In this document: piece by piece, positions 34,691 through 43,643 of the stretch
How positions within the stretch are numbered: the stretch's first letter is position 1
Layout: each line of letters opens with the position of its first letter
Source: Nitrospirota bacterium
GTDB taxonomy: Bacteria > Nitrospirota > UBA9217
Length of the DNA stretch: 43,643 nt
Assembly (NCBI GenBank): GCA_029858565.1
Contig: JAOUEV010000028.1
Span: 1 to 43,643, forward strand
Direction of reading: 5' to 3'
Program-made: the position numbers and the translations under genes
The notes under the pieces: model-generated
Told to the model about the DNA's origin: nothing
What the model saw: only the letters and a program-made list of their open reading frames with translations
The model's database searches: none

Positions 34691-36473
34691 GCTTTAAATG
34701 CTCCTCTATGACCTTTCTTGCAATGGGCGCGGCAGCCGCGCCGCCATGACCGCCATGTTCGACAATGACCGCGACCGCGATCGTCGGCTTGTCTGCCGGC
34801 GCGTATGCCACAAACCAGGCGTGGTCCTCGGTCGACTCGGTGAGCTTCCTTCCGGGGACCTTCTGTGCGATCACCTGGGCCGTGCCGGTCTTTCCCGCAA
34901 CCACGGCCAGCGGAGTGGCCGCGCCATGGGCTGTGCCGCCGGCTTCGGTGGTGACGCCGATCAGCGCGCTGCGGACCTGGTCCAGGGCGTCCTGGTTCAG
35001 TTTGATGCGGTGCTTCTCCTGCGCCGGGTAAATACGCTCCTCGCCGGTCTCGCGGTTCCGCGTGCGCTTCAGGATCTGCGGTTTGTAGAACACGCCGCCA
35101 TTCGCCAGGACGCTCATCATCTGGGCAGCCTGGATGGGGCTGACGAGCACGAATCCCTGTCCTATGGAGTTGATGAACGAGTCCCCCTGGAACCAGGGCT
35201 CCCGCGTTTTTTCCAGTTTCCAGGCCGGTGTCGGGATGAGCCCGGGCTTCTCATCGGCGAGATCGATCCCGGTGATCTTGGCAAGACCTAATGATCTGGC
35301 AGTTTGGGCGATCTGATCGAAGCCGATGCGGTCTCCCATGGTATAGAAGTACACGTCGCAGGATTCCACCAGTGCCCGGTGAAAGTCCACGGCGCCGTGG
35401 CCGCCCCGCTTCCAGCAGCGAAAGGACCTGCGGCCGCTCTTGAGCGAGCCGCCGCAGTTCACCTTTTCGTCGGGGTCGATGAGACCCTGGTTCAGCCCGG
35501 CAAGGGCAACAACGATCTTGAACGTCGACCCCGGGGGATAGACGCTCTGAATGGCCCGGTTGTAGAGCGGATGGGAAGGATCGTTCGACAGGCGGTCCCA
35601 ATCCGCGGGCGATATGCCGCGCGGGAAGAGGTTGGGATCATAGGCCGGGTGGCTGGCAAGGGCAAGGATCTCGCCGCTATTGGGATCCAGCGCAACGATG
35701 GCGCCCGCCCGGGTGCCCAGCGCTTCCTCGGCGGCCCGCTGGACATCGAGGTCCAGCGTCAGGAACAGGTCGGTGCCCGGTTTCGGCTCCTCGATGCCGA
35801 GGTCCTTGACCTTGCGGCCCGCAGCATTCACCTGGATCATCCGCCTTCCCGCAGTTCCCCGCAGGAACTTGTCAAAGGTCTTTTCCAGGCCGCTCTGGCC
35901 GATCAGCATTCCCGGTTCCGCTGCCAGCTTGCGCTTCTGGTCCTCGGTGACCTTTCCGATGTACCCGAACTGATGCGAAGCCAGTCCGCCGTAGGGATAA
36001 TGGCGACGGTGTTCCGGTTCCACGATCACGCCGGGCAGGTCGTCCTGCCGTGCTTCGGCGACCGCGACCTCTGCCCAGCTCGCTTCTTCCTTGATCTTGA
36101 TCGGCTCATACTTGGTGCGGATCGGCCTGGCTGCGTCAATAAGTTCGATGATATCCTGCTGATCCATCTTGACGACCGGAGCGATCCGGCGGACGGACTC
36201 CTCGAGATAGGATGCATCTTCGGGGACGATCGAGATATCGAAGGTCAGCTCATTTTCCACCATGGGCTTGCCGTTCCGGTCATAGATGATGCCCCGGGGC
36301 GGCCGGATCTTGATGGGCCTGATGCGATTGCTCTCCGCAAGCTCCTGATAGTAGCTTCCTTTGAGCACCTGGAGGTACCAGAGCCGGAAGAAAAGGATGA
36401 CGGCGAAGAGCAGGATGAAGATCGCGAGGAGCGGAAGACGGCTCTGGATCGATGCCGGGCTGTCCTGCCGCAT
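34665..36473 (-). CDS. mrdA: Penicillin-binding protein 2 (602 aa)
   Basis: PPRGIIYDRNG; PGSTFK (SxxK), SCDVYFY (SxD), GKTGTAQ (KTG). Confidence 0.97.
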   Translation of the reverse strand: MRQDSPASIQSRLPLLAIFILLFAVILFFRLWYLQVLKGSYYQELAESNRIRPIKIRPPRGIIYDRNGKPMVENELTFDISIVPEDASYLEESVRRIAPVVKMDQQDIIELIDAARPIRTKYEPIKIKEEASWAEVAVAEARQDDLPGVIVEPEHRRHYPYGGLASHQFGYIGKVTEDQKRKLAAEPGMLIGQSGLEKTFDKFLRGTAGRRMIQVNAAGRKVKDLGIEEPKPGTDLFLTLDLDVQRAAEEALGTRAGAIVALDPNSGEILALASHPAYDPNLFPRGISPADWDRLSNDPSHPLYNRAIQSVYPPGSTFKIVVALAGLNQGLIDPDEKVNCGGSLKSGRRSFRCWKRGGHGAVDFHRALVESCDVYFYTMGDRIGFDQIAQTARSLGLAKITGIDLADEKPGLIPTPAWKLEKTREPWFQGDSFINSIGQGFVLVSPIQAAQMMSVLANGGVFYKPQILKRTRNRETGEERIYPAQEKHRIKLNQDALDQVRSALIGVTTEAGGTAHGAATPLAVVAGKTGTAQVIAQKVPGRKLTESTEDHAWFVAYAPADKPTIAVAVIVEHGGHGGAAAAPIARKVIEEHLKHAGTKNGQ

Positions 36474-36474
36474 A

Positions 36475-36987
36475 TCAGAACTCCTTCTGCAGTTCCCGGC
36501 GCCTGATCAAGCCGAGAACGTTCCTGCGCATGACGAACTGGAGCAGCCAGTATCCCGCCAGTGCCGTGACAAAGGCGCGGGGGAGCATGCGGCTGAAGAG
36601 CTGGCGGAGGATCGGGAAGGAACCATAGGTCATTTCCAAATAGAGCGTGGTCAGGAGCGAATCGAGGACGCTGAAGAGAGCGAACAGGACCGGCGTGGAC
36701 GGCCCGCGTACATCAAGGACCCGCTGACCCAGGAATCCCGCGAAAAGGCCGATGATGCCCCGGGTCAGCCCGGACAGGCCGAGAAGGCTTGCCGAGGAGA
36801 TGTCCTGGTACAGGCCGAGGGCGATTCCGGCGATCGCGCCTTCGATGGGACCCGCGAGGAGGCCGATGATCGAGATGATCGCCAGGCCCAGGTCCGGAAC
36901 GAGCCCGATACGTGAAAGCGGCGCGAGCAGGGTGGCCTGCAGGGGAATGATCAGCAGGAATGCGATTAGGTAGGCGTAGAGGTTCAT
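36475..36987 (-). CDS. mreD: Rod shape-determining protein MreD (170 aa)
   Basis: Hydrophobic, PDL...G...GLYQD pattern; position between mreC and mrdA. Confidence 0.88.
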   Translation of the reverse strand: MNLYAYLIAFLLIIPLQATLLAPLSRIGLVPDLGLAIISIIGLLAGPIEGAIAGIALGLYQDISSASLLGLSGLTRGIIGLFAGFLGQRVLDVRGPSTPVLFALFSVLDSLLTTLYLEMTYGSFPILRQLFSRMLPRAFVTALAGYWLLQFVMRRNVLGLIRRRELQKEF

Positions 36988-37790
36988 CTCTTCAGCACCA
37001 ATGCTTCCTCGAGCCGCGAGAACCTCACGACCGGCTCCGCGTAGACCGCCTGGAAGGAACTGGCCTCATGCTTCTGGACCTTGGTCACCAGGGCCACGGG
37101 CAGCCCCTTGGGATAGATGCCGTCAAGACCGGAGGTCACCAGGAGGTCCCCCTCCTGGACGTCAACGTAGAACGATACGTATTTGAGCGCGCAACGGTCG
37201 ATCTTGCCTTCCAGCAGACCCTCTTCGCGGTTCCGCTGGACCCGAACTGCGATCGTGCTGCCGGGATCGGTGATCAGGAGGACCTTTGCGGTCTCGGGGA
37301 GCAGGGCCTGGATCCTGCCCACGACCCCATCGGCCGTGACGACCGGCATGTCGCGCGCCAGACCATGGACCGACCCCTTATTCACGGTGAAGGTGCTGGA
37401 GGAGGGGGATGACTCCTTGGCAATGACGCCGATCGTGATCGATCCGGGAAGGCTGATTTTCTGAAAGCCCAGCGCGGCGCGAAGCCGGTCGTTCTCCAGG
37501 AGCAGTTCGTTCGTGACCTGATTCTCCAGGCGAAGGCGCTCGACCTGTTCCTTGAGCCTGCCGTTCTCCCGTTCCGTCCGCACGAGCACGATATAGCCGT
37601 GGATCGTGGAAGTTGTGACATTATAAATTCCGGTGATGATCCGTTCGAAGAAACCCGATACGGCGAGGACCGGACGCTCCAGGATGGTGAATCGTCCCGC
37701 CTTGACCTGGATGGTTACGAGCCAGAACAGGAAGAGGAAAATCGCCAGGACGATAAGGTATTTTCGGTTTTTATCGATGAGTCCAGTCAT
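36984..37790 (-). CDS. mreC: Rod shape-determining protein MreC (268 aa)
   Basis: TM anchor, coiled coil ENDRLRAAL, NKGS..G, GVVGRI, GDLLVTSGLDGIYPKGLPV. Confidence 0.95.
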   Translation of the reverse strand: MTGLIDKNRKYLIVLAIFLFLFWLVTIQVKAGRFTILERPVLAVSGFFERIITGIYNVTTSTIHGYIVLVRTERENGRLKEQVERLRLENQVTNELLLENDRLRAALGFQKISLPGSITIGVIAKESSPSSSTFTVNKGSVHGLARDMPVVTADGVVGRIQALLPETAKVLLITDPGSTIAVRVQRNREEGLLEGKIDRCALKYVSFYVDVQEGDLLVTSGLDGIYPKGLPVALVTKVQKHEASSFQAVYAEPVVRFSRLEEALVLKR

Positions 37791-37808
37791 GCAGGAGCCG
37801 TTTCCGAA

Positions 37809-38834
37809 CTACATCATGACCTTTTTCAGCACATCGATGTCGTCCAGCACCCGCCCCGCGCCCAAAGCTACGCACATGAGCGGGTCTTCGGCGATGATGA
37901 TGGGGAGCGAGGTTTCCTCGCGCAGGAACACGTCCATGCCCTTGAGGAGCGCGCCGCCGCCTGCCAGCACGATGCCCTTGTCCACGATGTCCGCGGACAG
38001 CTCGGGCGGGGTGTTCTCCAGCGCCAGCTTGATCGCGTTCAGGATCTGGCTGACCGGCTCCGCCAGTGCTTCGCGCACTTCATCGTCGTCGAGGATGAGG
38101 GTCTTCGGAATGCCGGACACGAGGTCGCGTCCCTTGATCTCCATGGTCTGGCGGTTGCCGTCGGTCTTGTAAGCGGATCCCAGTTCCATCTTGATCATCT
38201 CGGCCATCATTTCGCCGATCAGCAGGTTGTACTTGCGCTTGATGTAGTTGATGACGGCCTCGTCCATCTTGTCGCCGCCCACGCGAATGGCCTTCGAGTA
38301 CACGACGCCGTCCATGGAGATCACGGCGATGTCCGTGGTGCCGCCGCCGATGTCCACGATCATATTGCCCGAGGGTTCGGAAATGGGAAGGCCCGTGCCG
38401 ATCGCGGCAGCCACCGGCTCCTCGATCAGGTAGACCTCCCGTCCGCCCGATGAGAGGGCGGAGTCCTTCACCGCGCGCTGCTCCACCTGGGTGATCCCGG
38501 TCGGAACGCCGATGACGATGCGCGGCCGCATAAAGGACTTGCGGTTGTGGACCCGCTGGATGAAGTAACGGAGCATCTCGCCGGTGGCGTCGAAGTCGGA
38601 AATGACGCCGTCCTTGATGGGACGGATGGTCTGGATATCGCCCGGTGTGCGGCCCAGCATGCGCTTGGCCTCGGCGCCGACGGCGAGGACCTTTCCGGTC
38701 TTGACGGACTTGGCGACCACCGACGGCTCGTTGCACACGATGCCCCGGCCTTTGACGTAGACCAGGGTGTTCGCCGTGCCCAGGTCAATGGCCATGTCAT
38801 TTGAGAACCAGCCCATGATCGTATTGATAAACAT
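37809..38834 (-). CDS. mreB: Rod shape-determining actin homolog MreB (341 aa)
   Basis: IDLGTANT, EPSVVA, DIGGGTT, LAGGGALL; SD AAAGGAG. Confidence 0.98.
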   Translation of the reverse strand: MFINTIMGWFSNDMAIDLGTANTLVYVKGRGIVCNEPSVVAKSVKTGKVLAVGAEAKRMLGRTPGDIQTIRPIKDGVISDFDATGEMLRYFIQRVHNRKSFMRPRIVIGVPTGITQVEQRAVKDSALSSGGREVYLIEEPVAAAIGTGLPISEPSGNMIVDIGGGTTDIAVISMDGVVYSKAIRVGGDKMDEAVINYIKRKYNLLIGEMMAEMIKMELGSAYKTDGNRQTMEIKGRDLVSGIPKTLILDDDEVREALAEPVSQILNAIKLALENTPPELSADIVDKGIVLAGGGALLKGMDVFLREETSLPIIIAEDPLMCVALGAGRVLDDIDVLKKVMM

Positions 38835-38906
38835 GTTGTTCTGAAGCTCCTTTCACCATGCATCGAGAACGGCCCGCGCACGATGGCGCAGGGCAGAGGT
38901 GTTTGT

Positions 38907-39389
38907 TCAACTTGCCGGCGGCTCCTGCTGAGCGGTCGGAGGGGTTCCCTGGTCCTGGACCGCTTCCGAAGCAGCTCCCGATGCCGGCTCGGCCCCGCTC
39001 ATGAGGGTCACGGTCCTGGCGAGAAGATCTCCGACGCGCATCGTGCGGTCATCACCCAGGGCGACCAGATATTCAAGCGCCACTACCAGCGGGCCAAGCA
39101 CCCATCCCGCAACAGGCACCAGCCACAGGACATAAGCGGCTGCAAAGGGAGCGTTCCTGATGATCGATTCGCGGAACTGGACAGGCCGGGCTGGATCATC
39201 GGCGGACGATACGCGCAAACCGATCAGCTTCTTGCCGATGCTCTGCTGATCGAAGAGACCGTCGCGAATGAGTATGTACCCGGTAGCGGAGAGGACTCCG
39301 ATGACGTCCGGCAACCGGGTCAATCCGATGATAAGGAGTAGATCAATGAATCCCGCGACCGCTCGGGTCGTGAGGTCTGCAGTGCGCAT
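38907..39389 (-). CDS. RDD family membrane protein (160 aa)
   Basis: R..A.FID...QSIGKKLIGLRV...SIIRN...RVGDLLART; SD GAGGA. Confidence 0.85.
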   Translation of the reverse strand: MRTADLTTRAVAGFIDLLLIIGLTRLPDVIGVLSATGYILIRDGLFDQQSIGKKLIGLRVSSADDPARPVQFRESIIRNAPFAAAYVLWLVPVAGWVLGPLVVALEYLVALGDDRTMRVGDLLARTVTLMSGAEPASGAASEAVQDQGTPPTAQQEPPAS

Positions 39390-39408
39390 GAGCATCCTCG
39401 GCCCGAGC

Positions 39409-39437
39409 ATCATAGCAGAAGGCCCGGGTGATTTCAA
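39409..39437 (-). promoter_or_regulatory. Promoter TTGAAA-17-TGnTATGAT, probably driving the RDD-mre operon
   Basis: Minus-strand -35 at 39432-39437, -10 at 39409-39414. Confidence 0.65.
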
Positions 39438-39475
39438 GCGAAAAGGTGGCGGGAAAACCCCGCAGGAAGCGGCGA

Positions 39476-40267
39476 TCAGCGCGTTTCGCCTGACCGTTCG
39501 CGAACGTAGTTGTTCACCGACGTGATCGCATCAGAGATCTCGGCAGTGGACGGCAGCGTCCCTGCGAGCCGTCCGACGATGTTCCGCTCCCGCAGAAGTC
39601 TGAGTGAAGGAGCGAAGTTCAGGTCGAAGATCCATGCGAGCTGGAGAAGCTTGAAATCGTTCAGGGTCCTGAGGTCGTCGAGGCGGACCATTTCGCGCTG
39701 CCGGAGCTGCTCCAGGATGTGCGGGGAGTAGGTCGGGTCGTCCGGAAGGCCCAGGCCGGCTGCGCTCGGACGTTCGTCCGGATTCACGATGAAATACTCG
39801 ATAAAGACCCGCCAGATGTCCAGTTTGTCCGCGTCCCGGACGATCCTGAGGAACAGGAGGGCGCGTTCGTCCACGCCCGGCGGGACCGTGAAGACATTGT
39901 GGAGCGCCACAGCGCGGATGATGCTTTCCCGGTCGTCCTTTGGCAGCGCTTCGAGAACCTTTTGCTCGACCAGCACTTTGGCGCCGAGCGCGGCATGGTT
40001 TACCGAATCGCTGTCCCGGAAGGTCTTATGGTCCCGGTACTGCGGAAAGCGCCCCACATCATGGAACAGACCGGCAAGCTCGGCGAGCGCTACGTCATCG
40101 TCGCCCAGGCCGAGACCCCGGGCGACCAGGACCGCGTTCTGCCGCACCAGTTCAGTGTGCTCCTCCTTCAGACGGATGTTCCGCTGATGTTCGGGATCAT
40201 CGTAGTAGAAGGTCTTGCAGTAGTCCGCGAACCAGGCGCGGTAGTAGGTTGTATCGGTGGAGTTCAT
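39476..40267 (-). CDS. HD-domain metal-dependent phosphohydrolase (263 aa)
   Basis: LKEEHT..V, FHDVGRFPQY, NHAALG, HN, RDADKLDI. Confidence 0.88.
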   Translation of the reverse strand: MNSTDTTYYRAWFADYCKTFYYDDPEHQRNIRLKEEHTELVRQNAVLVARGLGLGDDDVALAELAGLFHDVGRFPQYRDHKTFRDSDSVNHAALGAKVLVEQKVLEALPKDDRESIIRAVALHNVFTVPPGVDERALLFLRIVRDADKLDIWRVFIEYFIVNPDERPSAAGLGLPDDPTYSPHILEQLRQREMVRLDDLRTLNDFKLLQLAWIFDLNFAPSLRLLRERNIVGRLAGTLPSTAEISDAITSVNNYVRERSGETR

Positions 40268-40300
40268 AAAAACAGAAAAAAAGATTCGAAAAACGTTTTT

Positions 40301-40400
40301 TCTCGCGCAAAGCCGCAAAGCTCGCAATGAAAATCGAAACGTCCGTATTGGGGCGCGGTTCAAATAGTATTTCTTTGCGCCTTGGCGGCTTTGCGCGAGA
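40301..40400. repeat. Intergenic palindromic element with 8-nt periodic arms
   Basis: TCTCGCGCAAAGCCGCAAAG (40301-40320) versus CTTGGCGGCTTTGCGCGAGA (40381-40400): 19/20 reverse-complement match. Confidence 0.82.
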
Positions 40401-40431
40401 CAGAATTGTCTTGGGTGCTCGTATTGTCGGT

Positions 40432-40463
40432 AAAAAAAGCCGCACACCCGATGGCGTGCGGCT
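40432..40463 (-). terminator. Intrinsic terminator downstream of the citrate synthase gene
   Basis: Minus strand AGCCGCACGCC-ATCG-GGTGTGCGGCT followed by a T run. Confidence 0.85.
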
Positions 40464-40491
40464 CATGCTTGCGCTTTACCGAACGAGCAGA

Positions 40492-42276
40492 TTACTCTGC
40501 CCGCACGAGGTCTTCGAACCGGATATCCACTCCGAAGACGCCGATGATATTGCTCTCGTCGTCGGAGACGGGAGCCGACACGGTGATGCAGAGCGCACCG
40601 GTGATCTTGGACGTGTAGAAGTCCGATACGTAGCTCTTGCCGTCCTTCATGGGATTGATGAACCACGGACGGTCGGAGAAATCATCGCCCAGGCCCGCGG
40701 TCTCGTACTTGGCCTTGTCCACGATGTCGGTTATGTTCCTCGTGATCTTCTTGCCCTGGGGATTGACCACATACGCGAACTGGATGTAGGGATCCTCGCG
40801 CTGCAGCTTTTCCATGACCGGCTCCTGCTTCGCCGGATCCATGGACCTGATCTCAGGCCGCTCCACGAAGGCTTCGACAATGTGGCGCGCGACCTCCGCG
40901 GCCTTTGTCTTGAGCTTGTCAAGATCGGAGACAAAGTATTCAGGCAAATACTTCTTGGCCTTTTCGAGCAGTTCATCATGGGAGATGCTGGTGGTCCGTC
41001 CCTGTTCATACTGTTCCATGACCCACTTGTTCATTTTCACGATCCCGGGGTGGCGCTTGTCGATCTTCTTGTCCGCGTCGGGCTGGAGGTGACTGTTCGC
41101 CCAGTGGGCGATGCCGGCGACGCCGGACTTGTCCGTGATGATCACGCCCATGGGCCGGTTCAGGATCGTGGTGGTGTCGAAAATGTTGTAGATCTCCTCG
41201 TTCTTCATCATGCCGTCGGCATGGATGCCGGCGCTCGTGGAGTTGAACTCCGAGCCCACAAAGGGGTAGTTGTGAGGAATGTTGAAGTCCAGGTCCTTCC
41301 GGAAGAACTCCGCCATCTCGGTGATCGCCGTGGTGTCGATCCCCGCGTCGTCGCCGGTGAGGCCCATGTAATCGAACAGGAGCGCCTCGATGGGCGTGTT
41401 CCCGGTGCGTTCGCCGAAGCCCAGGAGCGCGCCGTTCACCGATGAACATCCGTACATCCATGCTGCCACGCCGTTCACCAGGACCTTGTGGAAGTCATTG
41501 TGGCCGTGCCACTCCAGCTGTTCCGAGGGAACGCCGCCGTCGTGTATCAGCGCGTAGAAGATCTCCGGCACGCCGCGCGGCAGGGCCGTACCCGGGAAGG
41601 GAAATCCGTAGCCCATGGTGTCGCAGGCCCGGATCTTGACCGGGATGCGGGATTCTTCGGACAGCTTCATCAGCTCCTGGGCAAAGGGGATCACGAATCC
41701 GTAGAAGTCCGCCCGGGTGATGTCCTCGAGGTGGCAGCGCGGCACAATGCCCTGGTCGAGCGCGGTCTTCACGATCCCCAGGTAATTGTCCAGCGCCTGT
41801 TTCCGCGACCAGTTCAGCTTCAGGAAGATATGGTAGTCCGAGCAGGAAGTGAGAATGCCGGTCTCCTTCAGCCCCATGCTCTTCACGAGCTTGAAGTCGT
41901 TCTTGTTGGCCCGGATCCAGCCGGTCACTTCCGGGAACCGGTAACCGCGGTCAAGGCAGAGCCGTACCGCTTCCTGGTCCTTCTGGGAGTAGAGGAAGAA
42001 CTCGGTCTGGCGGATGACGCCCTTGGGGCCGCTCATGCGGTGCATGTAATCGAAGATCGTGACGATCTGCTTGGGCGTATAGGGCGGTCGCGACTGCTGG
42101 CCGTCGCGGAACGTGGTGTCGGTGATCCAGATGTCCTTGGGCAGGTTCGCCTGGATCAACCGGTCCTCGAACACGACCTTGGGCGCGCTGGTGTAGGGGA
42201 ACATGTCCCGGTAGAGCACCGGTTCCTTCACGTCCTTCAGCTCGAAGGGCGTACGCACTTTTTTCTGCTGGATCAT
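40492..42276 (-). CDS. HMGL-like (DRE-TIM) acyltransferase, probable Re-citrate synthase, with C-terminal Cache/PDC-like domain (594 aa)
   Basis: ITDTTFRDGQQ, RQTEFFLY, SDYHIF, CHLEDITRAD, WHGHNDF, GERTGN, AGIHADG; tail DFSDRPWF...SDFYTSKITGALCITVSAPV...IIGVFGVDI. Confidence 0.8.
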   Translation of the reverse strand: MIQQKKVRTPFELKDVKEPVLYRDMFPYTSAPKVVFEDRLIQANLPKDIWITDTTFRDGQQSRPPYTPKQIVTIFDYMHRMSGPKGVIRQTEFFLYSQKDQEAVRLCLDRGYRFPEVTGWIRANKNDFKLVKSMGLKETGILTSCSDYHIFLKLNWSRKQALDNYLGIVKTALDQGIVPRCHLEDITRADFYGFVIPFAQELMKLSEESRIPVKIRACDTMGYGFPFPGTALPRGVPEIFYALIHDGGVPSEQLEWHGHNDFHKVLVNGVAAWMYGCSSVNGALLGFGERTGNTPIEALLFDYMGLTGDDAGIDTTAITEMAEFFRKDLDFNIPHNYPFVGSEFNSTSAGIHADGMMKNEEIYNIFDTTTILNRPMGVIITDKSGVAGIAHWANSHLQPDADKKIDKRHPGIVKMNKWVMEQYEQGRTTSISHDELLEKAKKYLPEYFVSDLDKLKTKAAEVARHIVEAFVERPEIRSMDPAKQEPVMEKLQREDPYIQFAYVVNPQGKKITRNITDIVDKAKYETAGLGDDFSDRPWFINPMKDGKSYVSDFYTSKITGALCITVSAPVSDDESNIIGVFGVDIRFEDLVRAE

Positions 42277-42291
42277 GAACTACCTCCTAGA

Positions 42292-42951
42292 TTAATTTCC
42301 CCGAATGCCCTTGATGGCTGCGGCGTAGTCCTTCGCGCCGAAGACCGCGGAGCCCGCGACGAGGATATCCGCTCCCGCGGCTGCGATCTCTTTGCCGTTC
42401 TCGGGCTTGACCCCGCCGTCCACATTGATCTCGACCTTCAGGCCCCGGTCATCGATCATCTTCCGCAGACCTTTGATCTTATCCAGCGCCGAGGGGATGA
42501 ACGATTGGCCGCCGAAGCCCGGGTTCACGGACATGATCAGCACCATGTCGATGTCCGCCAGGATGTAATCAAGCGTCTCGAGCGGTGTCGCCGGGTTAAG
42601 CGACACGCCGGCCATCACGCCTTTGTGCTCGCGGACGTTCTGGACCAGCCGATGCAGGTGTGTTGCCGCTTCCACGTGCACGGTGATGTAGTCAGCACCC
42701 GCTTTCGCGAAATCGGCGATGTAGTGCTCGGGATTGTCGATCATGAGGTGCACGTCGAGCGGAAGCTTTGTCACCTTCCGGGCGGCCTGGACCACCAGCG
42801 GACCGATGGTGATGTTCGGCACAAAGTGGCCGTCCATCACATCGATATGGATGAGATCAGCGCCTGCGGCCTCGACCGCCTTGATCTCTTCGCCCAGGCG
42901 GCTGAAATCGGCCGAAAGGATGGAAGGTGCTATCTTGATCTTTTTCGTCAT
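42292..42951 (-). CDS. rpe: Ribulose-phosphate 3-epimerase (219 aa)
   Basis: [46 protein letters not shown]. Confidence 0.98.
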   Translation of the reverse strand: MTKKIKIAPSILSADFSRLGEEIKAVEAAGADLIHIDVMDGHFVPNITIGPLVVQAARKVTKLPLDVHLMIDNPEHYIADFAKAGADYITVHVEAATHLHRLVQNVREHKGVMAGVSLNPATPLETLDYILADIDMVLIMSVNPGFGGQSFIPSALDKIKGLRKMIDDRGLKVEINVDGGVKPENGKEIAAAGADILVAGSAVFGAKDYAAAIKGIRGN

Positions 42952-43030
42952 GCAGTCATGCCCTTTCTCACCGGTTCAACCTCCGGGGCTGTAATCCTTT
43001 AGCTCTCTGGCCCGCTACCCCTTGTTTTGT

Positions 43031-43642
43031 TCATTTACTTACCGTCAGCTCCACCACCGCGTCAGCGGGAAGGGGCGAACCCGCGGCGGGTTTTTGTCCG
43101 GTGACTACCCGGTCTCCCGCTGCACGAACCGCGCCGCCTGCGGCTGAGAGGACCTTGAACTGCATTCCCATGCGGTCCACGAGCCTGACCGCTTCTTCGG
43201 CCTTTCTGCCCATGAGCTTCGGCGTCACGGAGACGCGCACTTTTTTTCCGAGGCTCACAAGAATGCCGACCTTGCCGCCCTTTTCGACCGGCGTTCCCGC
43301 GGGCGGGTCCTGGGCAATGACGATGTCGCGCTCGATCGTGTCGGACCAGGTCTTGGCAATGACCGGCTCGGAAAGTCCGGACTGACGCAGGGTGATATCA
43401 GCCTTCCGGTACTGGTCGCCGACAACTTTCGGAGCAAGCAGTTCGCTCGGCCCCGCGCTCACCACAATGTGGATCCTTCGGCCCTTCTTGATCCCCGTTC
43501 CGGGAAGCGGGTTCTGTGACACGATCGAATCCCTGGGAATGGTCTGGTTCGGCTCCCTTCGGGCCACGGCGAGCAGCAGACCCTGCTGGTTCATGATCTC
43601 GATGACCGAGACCACGTCCTTGCCCACAAGGTCCGGTACGCG
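43031..43642 (-). CDS. PASTA-repeat protein (three PASTA domains), 5'-truncated by the window
   Basis: VPDLVGK...SQNPLPG; PKVVG...AQDPPAG; PKLMGR...GQKPAAG; frame open to the window edge. Confidence 0.9.
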   Translation of the reverse strand, partial: RVPDLVGKDVVSVIEIMNQQGLLLAVARREPNQTIPRDSIVSQNPLPGTGIKKGRRIHIVVSAGPSELLAPKVVGDQYRKADITLRQSGLSEPVIAKTWSDTIERDIVIAQDPPAGTPVEKGGKVGILVSLGKKVRVSVTPKLMGRKAEEAVRLVDRMGMQFKVLSAAGGAVRAAGDRVVTGQKPAAGSPLPADAVVELTVSK

Positions 43643-43643
43643 C

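Noticed and set aside
41488-43002. 504-aa plus-strand ORF (also 40327-41445)
   Set aside because: Antisense shadow of the citrate synthase and rpe genes

Overview
GC-rich bacterial chromosomal window with no rRNA, tRNA, CRISPR array, integrase or transposase recognised. Gene content (RACo/AcsV-type corrinoid activator, Re-citrate-synthase-like enzyme, Omp85 barrel, RDD-mreBCD-mrdA-rodA-radical SAM operon) suggests an anaerobic diderm, plausibly Nitrospirota/Desulfobacterota-like (inference only). Left to right: 3' part of a P-type cation ATPase; two lipoproteins behind a consensus sigma70 promoter with a structured leader; an envelope block rich in beta-propellers (HExxH peptidase/PD40/Omp85 fusion, NDUFA9-like SDR, secreted PQQ-repeat protein, two tandem membrane-anchored RCC1/BLIP-II proteins with 2x7 and 3x7 blades); nfeD-flotillin; yefM-yoeB; RACo; NlpC/P60; DUF3109; speD-speE-speA; a cluster of three toxin-antitoxin pairs with a HigA remnant and a phage-type ASCH-like gene running into recQ-mutT; the cell-shape operon; an HD protein; Re-citrate synthase-Cache fusion; rpe; and a partial PASTA protein. 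The best candidates for something new are: (i) the RCC1/PQQ/Omp85 propeller locus, (ii) an SD-led uORF and hairpins in the speD leader overlapping the speD start, (iii) at least five apparently leaderless genes, (iv) intergenic 7-9-nt-periodic palindromic elements, and (v) recQ-mutT apparently under a TA promoter. All product calls come from motif recognition, not database searches.
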